DNA of 64,000 nt from the NCBI RefSeq assembly GCF_009914755.1, contig NC_060936.1. One strand, given 5' to 3'. Made by a program: the position numbers and the translations under genes. Source of the DNA: the human T2T-CHM13v2.0 reference genome, Homo sapiens. Of this stretch, positions 41,220 through 54,019 are shown piece after piece (within the stretch, counting starts at the first letter, position 1; each line of letters starts with the position of its first letter). The notes under the pieces were generated by a model. That model was not told the origin of the DNA and did not search any database. It saw only the letters and a list, made by a program, of their open reading frames with translations.

Positions 41220-41945
41220 AAATTCATTCATTTATTGAACAAATAATTATAAATCAACCATAGTGCTTTAGATCTTGATCATTCAACAGTGATTAAGTAA
41301 AACAGGAACTCCTGCCTTCCTGGAGTTCCTATACCGATGCCAGAAATAGAAAACATGTAGTTAAATAGATAACAAATAGTTAAATATATAGTTAAAATAG
41401 TTAATACATAGTTTATAGTTAATAAGGAAAGATCACTTCAGTCACTTATACGTGTAAAGATGAGACTAAAACAAGGTGATGTGTTTGCGACTGCTTAAGA
41501 TAATTCAGAAAGCTCTCTTTGAAGCACAAATGTTTATTGAGATTCAAGTGATGAAGAGGAGCCACTTACATGAAGAACTAGAACAAGAACCCTTCAATAA
41601 ACAAAGGTCCTGAGTAATCAAGGAATAGAAAGAAGTTCTGTGGAGCTGAACATAATGAGCGAGAGGAGTGGGGAAGGAAATCTTAGATGCCACCTAATTT
41701 GTGAAATCTTCCTTGCACTCCAGCTCCTAGATCTTCTTGAGCATCTGTGCTATGCATTCTCACTATAACCCCTACTTCTTCTACAACATCACATTTAATT
41801 GTCAGTATTCTATTAATTGCCTATTATTTTTATTAAACTGTGAGCTGGGAGGAAGCCAGGAATATTTTTTGTTTCTTGTTATTGTACCCCCAGTACCCAG
41901 AAAGACATAGTCTCTAGTAGATACATAAAATTATTTGATGAAATG
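41220..41945. mobile_element. L2 fragments (minus about 41220-41690, plus about 41690-41945)
   Basis: L2 3' signatures 'attcattcatttattgaacaaataattat' and 'actgtgagct...cccagtacccag...aaattatttgatgaaatgaa'. Confidence 0.6.
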
Positions 41946-42039
41946 AAAAAAAAATATATTCAACCAGTTAATGAAGTGTTGTCAAGGCCAGCTGTTCATG
42001 GGGTCAAGAATATTTACCTTTAAAAATTTTTTAAGAATA

Positions 42040-42183
42040 TATTTTAAAATTTATTTTTATTTTTGTAGAGACAGGGTCTTGCCATGTTGCCCAGATTGGT
42101 CTCAAACTCCTACATTCAAGTGATCCTCTCACCTTGGCCTCCCTAAGTGCTAGGATTGCAGGTGTGAGCCACTGCACCCAGCC
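42040..42183 (-). mobile_element. Alu left-arm monomer (FLAM/AluJ-like)
   Basis: 'tttttgtagagacagggtcttgccatgttgccca...cactgcacccagcc', flanked by aagaata on both sides. Confidence 0.85.
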
Positions 42184-42223
42184 AAGAATACTTTCAATAT
42201 TCTTTCCACTACTCCTCAACTAC

Positions 42224-42932
<709 letters not shown>

Positions 42933-43677
42933 ACCACCTTCACTAAAAGGAAATTATCTCTGTCTTAAAAGTCTGACAAATATCTTCTATTCTCTAATTT
43001 AATATATACTAGTGAAGATATGTAATTATTGGTTAGCAAAATATTTGAAATAATGGTAAATGCTTTTTCCAGTTGGAGTTGCATTGGTGGAGAACTTCAG
43101 TGAAACAAAATAAGAGATATTCCTAGGGTTTATGTGAATTAACATTTGCTATTGAGATCTTGTGCCTTTATAATGTTAATTATATTACTGATATGAATAC
43201 ATATGAGTAATCATATTATACATAATATCCCTTAGTGGCAGATATGCTCATTTTTACAAGGAAATGGAAATGCACAGTATTTGAGACACTAATTTAAATC
43301 AAGGCTTCAAGTTGCCCATGTTAGTTTCAAACTTAGATTTCCTAACTTTGGTAACATTCCTGTTTTTAACCCTACTTACCTATGCTGTCCTTTATATTTG
43401 CATAATGCTATATATGGCTACTGAACTATTACCGAAAAGTCTCATGTTTTGAGTCTTCTTTTTCTTTTTAAGATTATAAATGTGTAAATGTTGATTTGTT
43501 CACTTACAGTCTTTTGCTGGTTTCTCTGTTTAATTTTACTAAGATACATGTGGCAATATTAGTAGAGGTCCAGGAAAGATTCTAGTCACAAATGCAAACA
43601 AGTTTAAGTGGAAATTGACCCTATCATGTTAGATTTATTAACATCAAATTCTCATTAAAGAAAGTATGGAAGACAAC

Positions 43678-44033
43678 TGATATGGTTTGGCTGTGGTCCC
43701 AGCCAAATCTTAACATAAATTGTAATAATCCTCACGGGTCATAGGCAGGGGCAGGTGGAGATAATTGAATCATGGGGTGATTTTTCCCTCATACTGTTAT
43801 CCTGGTAGTGAATAAGTCTCAGGAGTTCTGTTGGTTTTATAAATGGGAGTTCACCTGCACAGGCTCTGTTGGCTGCCACCATGTAAGATGTGCCTTTGCT
43901 TCTCATTTGCCTTCCACCTTGATTGTGAGGCCCCCCAGCCATGTGGAACTGTGAGTCCATTAAATCTCTTTCCTTTATAAATTACCCAGTCTTGGGTGTG
44001 TCTTTATTAGCAGCATGATAACAGACTAATAAA
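43678..44033 (+). mobile_element. THE1 (THE1C-like) solo LTR
   Basis: 'tgatatggtttggctgtg...cagactaata'. Exact 5-bp TSD acaac at 43673-43677 and 44034-44038. Confidence 0.93.
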
Positions 44034-45671
44034 ACAACCAAATTCATAGTGTCTATGAATGAAGATGAAAGGAATAGCTGACTTCTATAATTCTCCAAAC
44101 CAATAAAGAATGGTGCTGAGAATTTGAAAGAAATGCAGAAAATGATAGTGATATGCTACTAATTTGTTTTGTTTTCTGGTTGCTGCCAGGACATTGGCTT
44201 AATGTTAATCTTTTAATAATACAATATGAAACAATTATTTTTATAATAAATTCATTATGTTTCAACAATCAACTCTCAATTCTTTTTTTTTTAGTGCATG
44301 TTCATTGTAACAAATTTGAATAAGTCAGAGAGGTATAAAAATGAAGCTTTTATACATTAATTCTAATGGTTTGATTATAAATAATTTCTACTTCTGCATT
44401 ATTTTTATTATTAGAGAAAGTATTCTATTAATCTGTTTTTAATAGAGAATCATTTAACTAGTCAATTTGAAGAAGGAAAATTGATTTTGGAGAATGTATT
44501 GATATTTGAAAAATAAAGATTTGAAATTCAGAGCTGTGAAATAGAATTAGTATCATAAGCTACTCTCATTACCTTTTAGAAACTAAAATGAAGAAAGACA
44601 TATGTAGTAACTAAAAATAACAATATGTTTAAAACATATTTAATAAAAATATTGTTTATTACCTTTCTTGAGAGTGAGATCTATCAAAGTAATTATCAGA
44701 GGATAATAACCAATTTGGTCCTTATAGTTTCTAGAAAAGTAAGTTTATTGAGAAAAATTTAACTGTAGCATTATATATGCAATATACTAATTCAGAATTA
44801 CTGAATTTACTTTGGATAATAACATGACTAATAAACGATATTATAATACAATATAAAAAGTTTTTCCGGCAAGTTCTGCTACAAATACTTTCAACCAAAA
44901 TCTATGAGTCACAAATAATGAGGAAGAAAGAAAGATGAAAGTCTTAACCATCTTGCATTTGAGACAGAGAAATTATACAGTAAACATCAAAGAGGTGGAA
45001 GCACTCTTATTGAATGGGAATTTTCCAGTTCTTATTGCTGATTATACTTCAAGAGACAGCCACAAGGTACTTCATCTAATTTAAATTATAGTCACAACTT
45101 ATAAGCTGTCTTTCTGATGATTTTGTTTAAAGTTAACTACAGAAAAAAAAAGAATGTCTGAAGAATTTTTATAACATCCAAAAAACTTTGTACAGTGAAA
45201 GCCAGCAAGAAAGAGGAACGTTAACTTTCTTTGAAACTAAGTGCATAGATTTTCTGATTTTTCTGTCATAAGGCCTGGATATTGTAAGTGGGAGATCCTG
45301 TATCCAAGAAACAGAGATCTTTATTTTTTTCTCATCTGATTTACAATGTTGTAGATGAGATACAGACAGAGTTAGTATTTGAACTAAGAAGGCTCGTCTT
45401 CCATGTTATGGTGCTTATCTGTCCCAGGCCTTCTTGATTAGATCCTGTTCTCAGGCTTACCTGCCTTATCCCCTGTTCAATTTCATCTTGCCTCTTTTCC
45501 CTGTGTCCCTCTTACCTGAAACCACACTTATCGGCCAGAGATATCCACTTTGCCAGTATTTGTTCTGCAGCATCTTCACTGACTGGCCACATGATCACCT
45601 ATCCCATCACAGGCTCTTCATTTAGAAAGGGATGAGGAGGCAGTGACTGGTGTGTTGTGCACATGGATAGG

Positions 45672-46077
45672 CAATGGTGGGCTGTCAAGTGTTTAACAGC
45701 TTGCTCTCTAAAAACCAAAGTTCTGATCTGTAGTATTTGCCAGTTTCGTAGTGTAAACACTCTCACCAGTGTTGATTTCAGACATTACTTAAAGCAGTAT
45801 CGGGAAGAGATACGCAGCAGTCTTTCAATATAATATAATATTTCCATTCTGCAGATACAATTGAGGCAAATAAACCCAAGACCATAAACATAGAAAAATG
45901 TAGAAAGTAGTAAGGGATACACAATTATTACCTTCATTTACAATACAATTTATTTAAGCATAAACTTATATATTTCAATATTTAATAATTACTTGTTTAA
46001 AACCAGCTGGCACAATTCCTGAAAATGTAATGACCTACTCTCACAAACTGGTACAGACTGGCTACATCACATCACTA
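45672..46077. mobile_element. MER63-like hAT-Blackjack element
   Basis: Termini 'caatggtgggctg' and 'catcacatcacta', internal 'tgtagtatttgccagtttcgtagtgtaaacactctcacc'. Confidence 0.7.
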
Positions 46078-47736
46078 GAAGAGGGGTAAATAGTGGGCTA
46101 GGAGGCTGTTGCCTCAATTCAGATGTAGAGCCTGGGCCATAATGGAGACGGAGACCAGGAAATGGAGGACAGCTTGAGATGATACTAAGGACAGAAGAGA
46201 AAAATGAGAAACTGTTCAAGGCAAGAGAGGTCTCTTCTTTAAGAGATAGAAAACTATAATCAAATGTGAATACGATATCTGGAATTGAGAGCAAAATTGG
46301 AAAGTCCATTTGGTCTGGATCAAAGTGCTGCTAAATTTGTAAGAATTTTGGTAAATTAATAACAGATAAAGATGGTGGTAAAAGAGGGACTCAAAGCTAA
46401 ATACTTTAACCCTATGGGAGTCAAGGCTATGAGAGGGAAGTTAGTGAATATAGACAAGTCTTTTAGAAGAGTGTGCATATTTTAAATGTTGGAGAGACTT
46501 GAATTTATTTTAATAAAAAAAGAAACCAGTGTAAGAAGTAAGGTTAAGGTTACTAGAATGGTATAATTTGCTGTGTATTGAATCTAATTTTTCTGTTAAG
46601 AACTCAGAAGATAGAAATCAGTGCTTAAAATGAGCTCTTTCCAATGTGATGTTGTATCATCTGAAAACGCAATAACTAATAAGAATTTCTTATTAAAAAG
46701 ACAAGATTAATACCTAGAGAGTTTGGAAAAGCTGGCCTAATGACCACAATTTCTTCTTCTTCTTCTTCTTTGCTGTTTATACTTTAACCTGGTGAGCCTA
46801 AAGAGATATTTTAAAATGGGCTCAATTAAACTTATTGGCTGTTAATTTAGAATTCGTTCCGCATCATACTCTCTTTCTTAAGAGAGTTTTGTTAGGTGAA
46901 TTTAAAAAGAACTTAGTGTTGCAGAACTATTTATTGGCCCACACTTCAAAAACAAAATGCAATTTCTTTTGAGACTCTATTGTTGAAGAGCCCTGGAGGC
47001 CTGTTGTGTTGTGAAGTACTCTGTCTTTTTTCAAAGACTGATGTTCCACATCTTCCATGATTGAGCAAGAAAGTGACAGCAGGCTTGTTGTAAATTTACA
47101 GGTCAACAGACACTCAGTGGTGTAAATTACATTACTTTGAAGGGTACATCTATTGCTGATCTCTTTGGAAATCTAATTTTACTCAATAAATTCCTTCCAT
47201 CTTACAAATATTATTTTCAAAGAAGAGGTGACATGGCTTTAGAGAATAGAAGCATCCATAGCAGGATACAACAAAGGGAAGAAAAATGTAACTTTATTTT
47301 AACTATGTGTTTAAGGATCTAAGTCTCTGTTATTGTCGCTAAATATCCACATCCAAATTAGCTTATCATTTTCGCCTACTGTGAATGAGGAAGGGTACAG
47401 AGCAAAGTTAGAGATTCCATTAAAGTGCTGAATAGGATTGGTTATTTAGAAATCAATATCAAGAAATTACTGAGTTATTTGTATAGACCCAGATTCCATC
47501 TTTCTCCTCCCTTTATGTGGCAATTTCATTTAAAAGTGATGTGGTACATTTCTAATTGATACATATTTTTGTGGTGAGTGTGTTAAAAAAAACGGTAGTT
47601 ATCTATCTACTAATTTCTAATATGGGAAAGGAGAGTTAAAGAGTTTTTTGGCTGTAGTCTCAAAAGCCTCTATTGGTAATTCTTGCAAACTTTAAGGAAG
47701 GACATAGTGAGGAACATTAGACAGGTTAGGAAATAT

Positions 47737-48286
47737 GATAGGCAGCATCTAAGGTGGCCCCCTATGATGTCTGCCTCTTGATGTTAACGCCCATGGGTAA
47801 TCTTCTGCCCTTGACTGTTGGCTGGACCTATTAACTTCCTTTTAGTGAATATAATGCAGAAAAAATGATGGGCTGTCACTTCAGAGATGAGTTACAAAAA
47901 GATTCTACTTCTGTCTGTACTATTTGTCCTCTCTTATTATCTCACTTGCCCTAAACAATTAGTTTCCTAGTTATGTGTTGTCCTATGAAGAGGTCCATGA
48001 CAAGAAACTGAGGGTGATCTCTGACAGCAGCAAGAAACTAAATTCTGCTGGTACTCATAAGAGTGAGCCCGGAAGCAGATTCCCCTAGTCAAGCCATAAA
48101 AGATGACTGCAGCCCCAGCTGACACTTTGATTATAATCTGTGAATGACCCTGAGCCAAAGGAACCTCCTAAATAGTATCCAAATACCTTACCAGCAGAAA
48201 CTAAGAGAGTTTCTAGTTTGGAAATGAGCCTTTTTTAGGCCACTCAGTTTTGGTGAATATGTTATATAGCAATAGATAGCTAACAC
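47737..48286 (+). mobile_element. MLT1F/E-like MaLR solo LTR
   Basis: 'ggcagcatctaaggtggcccc...gatgactgcagccccagctgacac...gcaatagatagctaacac'. Confidence 0.8.
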
Positions 48287-48888
48287 TGAGTCAATACCTA
48301 TTTATTTCTAGTTTATGTCCACCATCTTGCACAAATAGGGACCTAGTAATTTCCTGTTGAACCAAATTAGTTCCTCAGTAATGATTGTATCAACCAGGAG
48401 GTAGGTGGGAAATAGAAGATAACTCAAAATGAATAACTGAGAATGGTTTAATAAAGGGACTAATGAATGAAGAATGGGAAGAGTTATAGAAACTAACAAT
48501 GGAAAGTGAAATATTGAGAATCGAACCTTAGTGGACGCTGTCAACAACCTGCAGGCCTAAAAGGGCCAGAGGGAACGGTACTATGGAAGCGGACAAGGAT
48601 TTCTGTTCCAAGGATTTCTGTTTTTCTGTGTGTGTGTGTGTGTATTTAAATTAAAGGTGAGAACATTTTGTAAATGTTTTATTTCTTGCTTGTTGCCATT
48701 TGACTTTCTACTCTGGGTGTGTGAATAGGTATATAACAGGAATATATGAGCGATACAGACATATATGCACATACTCCTGTTAAAAACTTTTAGAATGCCA
48801 TTTTAATGACAGTATTCACTACAGATGTTGTTTTACTTGATGTTATCAGCTTGGATTTTGGAGTATAATACATTTACATTAATAATGT

Positions 48889-49400
48889 TGATGCAGGATT
48901 TTTCTTGGCCCCTTTGCTCAGCCCACCATTCTCAACCCCTTGCAGGAGCGAGCATGTGGGTGAGTGAATGTGAGATCCTGCTGGCCATTGCAGGTGCTGG
49001 CAGGAACAAGCTCTGTGCAGGGCTCATGGTGGTACCCAGGTTGGGGAGCCTACAACCCCAAAGCCCCAGAGGGGTGTTACAGTGCTCTCTTAGCTCTGCT
49101 GTCCATGGATGGCAGTGTGTTAGCAGCTCAGTTGGCCCCTTGCCTCATCACATGGGGTGGCTGCCCTCTGCCAGTGAGAGCAAAGGGCTGATGTGACAGC
49201 TTTTTTGGGTACCTGCACTTGGTGGTTCCCAAGCTCTTGTCTGGCATCGAAGAAGAATGAGGTTGTGCAGACAATTGAAGGATGGTGAAGGTGGAAAATT
49301 TTATTGAGCAATGAAAATGGCTCTCAGCACAGAGGAGAGCTGGAGAGGGGGTGGGAAGGGCAGGTCGTTGTCCTCAAAGTCAGATCATTTCTTTCCCAAA

Positions 49401-49438
<38 letters not shown>

Positions 49439-49702
49439 ACCAACTGAATCTGGGGTCTTTATAGACACAGGATGGGGGTGGGGTGGGCTGTAGGCAGTTT
49501 TGGAAAAGGCAACATTTGATTGGTAAAAAGGCATTATTCAGAAAGAACCAATCAGGAGAGAGTGAGCAAGCTGGATAGAAGTTCTCACTTTGGGCCGCAG
49601 GTTTCAGGCTGGTTTTTTTTCTTTTTTTTTGGCTTGAAGGTGGGGTTTCGCCAGGGACCTTCCTTATCTGCCTAGACATTTGGCTGCTTCCTGTCATTAT
49701 CA
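48889..49702 (-). mobile_element. ERV1 solo LTR (LTR27/MER61-like)
   Basis: TG...CA termini, 4-bp flanks atgt/gtgt, and AATAAA on the minus strand near 49300. The minus-strand start 'tgataatgacaggaagcagccaaatg' resembles the LTR27/MER61 group. Confidence 0.75.
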
Positions 49703-49759
49703 GTGTAGCTCCATAATCTACTACCTACATGATTTTGAAAAAATTGTCTAAATGCTGGA

Positions 49760-50080
49760 AATAATAATTGTTCCATTTTATTGAATGCTTGCTGTTAGCT
49801 GGTCTGTTCTAAGTGCTTTACAAGTTTTAAATCAATTTTTCTCTTTTGACAAATAAAAACTCTGAGGCATAAAGAAATTAATAATTGCTTGAAGGTATAG
49901 GATGAGAAAATGGTGAAACCAGGATTAAACTTTAGGCAGTTGGCCTCCACAGCCTGTGCTGTTAACAATGCCATTACACTGCTACATAGTATTAAGATAG
50001 CATACTTCTCAGACCGTGAGTATAAGGTTCAAATGAGATAGTGCATAGAGTAAGCAAACACTATATAGCATTTTATCAAT
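49760..50080. mobile_element. MIR fragments
   Basis: 'atttattgaatgcttgc...ctgttctaagtgctttaca...aaactctgaggcataaaga' and 'aggttcaaatgagatagtgcat'. Confidence 0.65.
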
Positions 50081-50089
50081 AGTTTGCTA

Positions 50090-50910
50090 CCTTAAAAACT
50101 AATTGTGGTAAAATACACATATTAAAACAATAGAATTTTTAAGTGTACAGTTTAGTGGCATTAAGTATATTCACATTGTTGTGCCATCACCACTACTATC
50201 CATCTCCAGAACTCTTTTCATTTTGTAAAAGTGAAACTCTGTATCCAATATATAGAGTTTAACAATGCCTCCTCATTTTCCTTTATGCCTAGACCCTGGC
50301 AACCACTTTTTGTCTCTATGAATTTCATTACTCTAGGTATCTCATCTAAGTGAAATTATATATTAGTTGTTTTTGACTGGCTTATTTCACTTAGCCTAAT
50401 GTTCTCAAGGTTCATCTGTATTGGAGCATGTGTCAGCATTACTTCCTTTATAAGGCTTAATGACATTCCATTGTTTGTATGTACCACCTTTTAAAAAAAT
50501 CTATTCTTCCATCAGTGGACACTGGGTTTCTTCTATCTTTTGGCTATTGTGTACTCCTCTTTTGAATATGGGTGTACAGATATCTTTTTGAGATCTCATA
50601 ATTGCTGAACTGTATAATTCATTTTTAATTTCTTGAGGAGAAGCATACTGTTTTCTATAGTGGCTGCACCATTTTACATTCCCACCAGCAATGAACCAGG
50701 GTTCTAATTTTTCCATTTCCTTGTCAACACTTGTTATTTCCTAATTTTTTGATAGTTGCCATTCTAATGGGTGTGAAGTAGTATCTCACTGTGGTTTTCA
50801 TTTGCATTTCCTAATAAGCACCTTTTCATATGCTTATTAGCCATTTGTAGATTTTTTTTTTTTTTGAGAAATGTCTATTCAAGTCCTCTCCCCATTTTTT
50901 AATCAGGTTA

Positions 50911-50959
<49 letters not shown>

Positions 50960-51430
50960 TGAGTTGTTGGATTTACTTACATATCCTGGGTATTAAGCCT
51001 TCTTATATATATGATTTGCAAATATTTTCTCCCATTACATGTTTTACCTTTTTATTCTGTTGATTGTGTCCTTTGATCTACAGAAGTTTTTAATATTGAT
51101 GTAGTCCAACTTATCTATTTTGTCTTTTGTTACCTGTACTTTTGGTGTCATGTTTAAGAAATTGTGCCATATTTAATGTTACAAAACTTTCCTCTATTTT
51201 TATTTTAAGAGTTTTATAGTTTTGGCTCTTAAACTTACATCATTAATTAATTTTAAATTAATTTTTGTATATGATATAAAATAAATATCCAACTTGATTT
51301 TTATTGTTTTTGTAATGGAATTGTTTTCTTAATTACTTCTGGGATTGTTCATAGTTAGCATATTGAAACACAACTGATTTTTGGGTGTTGATTTTGTATA
51401 TTATAACTTTCCTGAATTTGTTTATTAATG
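50090..51430 (-). mobile_element. L1MB-like 3' fragment
   Basis: 'aagtgtacagtttagtggcattaagtatattcacattgttgtg...catctccagaactc' L1MB 3'UTR followed by an antisense ORF2 C-terminus. Confidence 0.85.
50913..50955. repeat. (TG)n microsatellite, about 21 units
   Basis: Seen directly in the sequence. Confidence 0.95.
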
Positions 51431-53745
51431 TTCTACTTCATTTATGATTTTTAATGTATGATAATACTTTATTCAATAACTTAAACAACTTTAAACATAT
51501 CTAAACATTTTTGTCATTGTATATAATGGTGAAATGAATATCATTGTAAATATAAATCTTACTATATCTTTAGGACAAATTCCTAGGGGTGAAATTATTT
51601 GAACACAAGACTTGAACATTTTTACAGCTATTGGTAACTACTGTCATATAATTTTTCAGAAAGGTTTGTTGAGATAATTTTTAGAAAAGGTAAAATCATA
51701 GCTCTTAATGCAGATAAAAAATGAATACCTATTAAAGAATTTATTTTACTTATAAGATATTAGGGAATCAGGAAAATGTTATAACCAATTCAAATGAAAA
51801 GTCAAAATAGGACAAATTCATATGGAGTAATAGAATACTGAGAACAGCACATGGAGACAAGACTGGTTTTTCATGGTGCAGTGGTGGTGAAGAAGCCAAT
51901 TAAAATCACTAGCAGGCAGGATAGCACTTGTATATCTATCAGTTACCTACACTTTTTTAAAAAACTGTTTTTTTGCTTCAAGACAACAAACAGGATTAGA
52001 ATGTGATAACTCAGAAAAATGTACTACAAAAGATACAATTTTTACTGAAATACAAAAAAAATCTCAGCAGGTCATTCATACAAATTTACGCTTTTGGTAG
52101 CAGTTTATAATAGTTTCTGTCTCACTTTCTTCTCTTGGCATTAAATATTATTTTAAAAATCTATGAATAGAAGAAAAGGGGTTATATAATTTTTTATTTA
52201 ATTTATACTTTTAATTTAATTTAATGAGTACTATAAACGGGAGTAAAGATTTTTAAGAAGAGAACCTTAAAATAAGAATAAAATTCTGGATTGAAACTAA
52301 AGATTGGGGAATGGAGAAAAACAGTAGAATAGAAAGCTCTATCAATCATCTCCTGGGCAAAGACACCAATTCAACTGTCTACACAAAAAAACCACCTACC
52401 TAAGAACCAAAAATCAGGTGAGCACTCACAGCACTTGGTTTTAACTTCATATCCCTGAAAGAGGCACTGAAGAGGTAGGAAAATGTCTTGAATTGCCAAT
52501 GACACACTTCCCCCATCCCCCAGTGGCAGTGGTGTGGTGCTGAGAGCAATTCTGTACTCTGGGGAGAGGGAGAGCCAGCAATTGTGAGGTATGGAACTCA
52601 GTGCTGTCCTTGTTATAGTAGAAAGCTAAACCTGATCAAACTTAGCCAATGTCCACCCACCAGAGGAATATTCAAACCAGCTCTTACCAGAGGGAATCAG
52701 CGAACCAAGCAGTCAGAACTTGAGTTTCCACAAGCCTCGCCGTGGTGGGCTAAAATGCTCAGTGGCTCCAAATAAACTTGAAAGGCAGTCAGGGCCACAA
52801 GGACTATAACACCTAGACAAATCCTAGTGCTGAACCGGGCCCAGAGCTAGTGGACTGGTAGTGGAGCTGGTGGGGAGGCAGGCAACCTACTCAGATACCA
52901 AGTGAGATGGCTAAGGGAGTCCTGGCATCACTTCTCCCTTAACAGTGGGCTGCACAGCTTGTGGATTCAAAAGAGACGCTTTCCTTCTGCATTAGAGAGG
53001 AAAGGGAAGAGTGATGAAGACTTTGCCTTGCATCTTGCAGGCCAGCTCACCCACAGCAGGATAGGGCACTGGCCAGAGTTGTGAGGGTCCATATCCTGGC
53101 CCTAGCTGCCAGATGACAATTCTAGACATACCCTGGGCCAGAAGGGAACCCAATGCCTTGAAAGGAAGGATCTTGTCCTGGCAGAATTAAGCACCTGCTA
53201 AGTGATGAGCCCTTGGGTCCTGAATAACCAGCAGCCATAGCCAGGTACTATGTTGAGGGCTTTGAGTGAGACACTGAAGGCTGGCTTCAGGTAAAACTCA
53301 GCACATTCCAAGCTGTGGTGGCTATGGTGAGAGGCCCCTTCTGCTTGAGAAAAGCAGAGGGAAAAGTAAAGGGGACTTTGTCTTGCACCTTAGGTACCAG
53401 CTCAGGCACAGCAGGGTAGAGCACCAGGTGGCCTCTTGGGGTCCCCAGTTCCAGGACTTGACTCTTGGATGGCATTTCTGGACCTGCCCTGGACCGAAAA
53501 GAGACCACTCCCCTGAAGGGTGAGTCCCATGCCAGGCAGCATTCACCACAAGCAGATTGAAGAAGGCCTTGGACCATAAGGGAACATTGGTGGTAGTCTG
53601 GCAGTATTCTCCATGATCCTGAGGTGGCAGTGGCCATGGGGTGAGGCTCCTCTGCCTTTGGTAAGTGGAGGGAAGGTTGGAAAGGACTGAATCGTGTGAT
53701 TTGAGTGCCAGCTCAGCTGCAGTACAATAGGGTTTTCTAAGGTTT

Positions 53746-54019
53746 CTTTTTTTTTTTTCTTTACAGAGTCTCACTCTGTTGCCAGGCTGGAGTGCGGTGG
53801 TGCAATCTCAGCTCAGGTTCAAGTGATTCTCCTGCCTTAGCCTCCTGAGTAACTGGGACTACAGGTGCGCACCACCACACCCAGATAATTTTTGTGTTTT
53901 TAGTAGAGACTGGGTTTCACCATGTTGGCCAGGATGGTCTCAATCTCTTGACCTTGTGATCTACCCGCCTTGGCCTCCCAAAGTGCTGGGATTACAGGCG
54001 TGAGCCTCCGCATCTGGCC
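53746..54019 (-). mobile_element. AluSc-like with a short internal deletion
   Basis: 'ctgttgccaggctgg' and 'ggatggtctcaatctcttgacc'. Lacks the 'ctgcaacctccgcctccc' segment. Flanks ttctaaggttt/ttctcaggttt. Confidence 0.9.
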
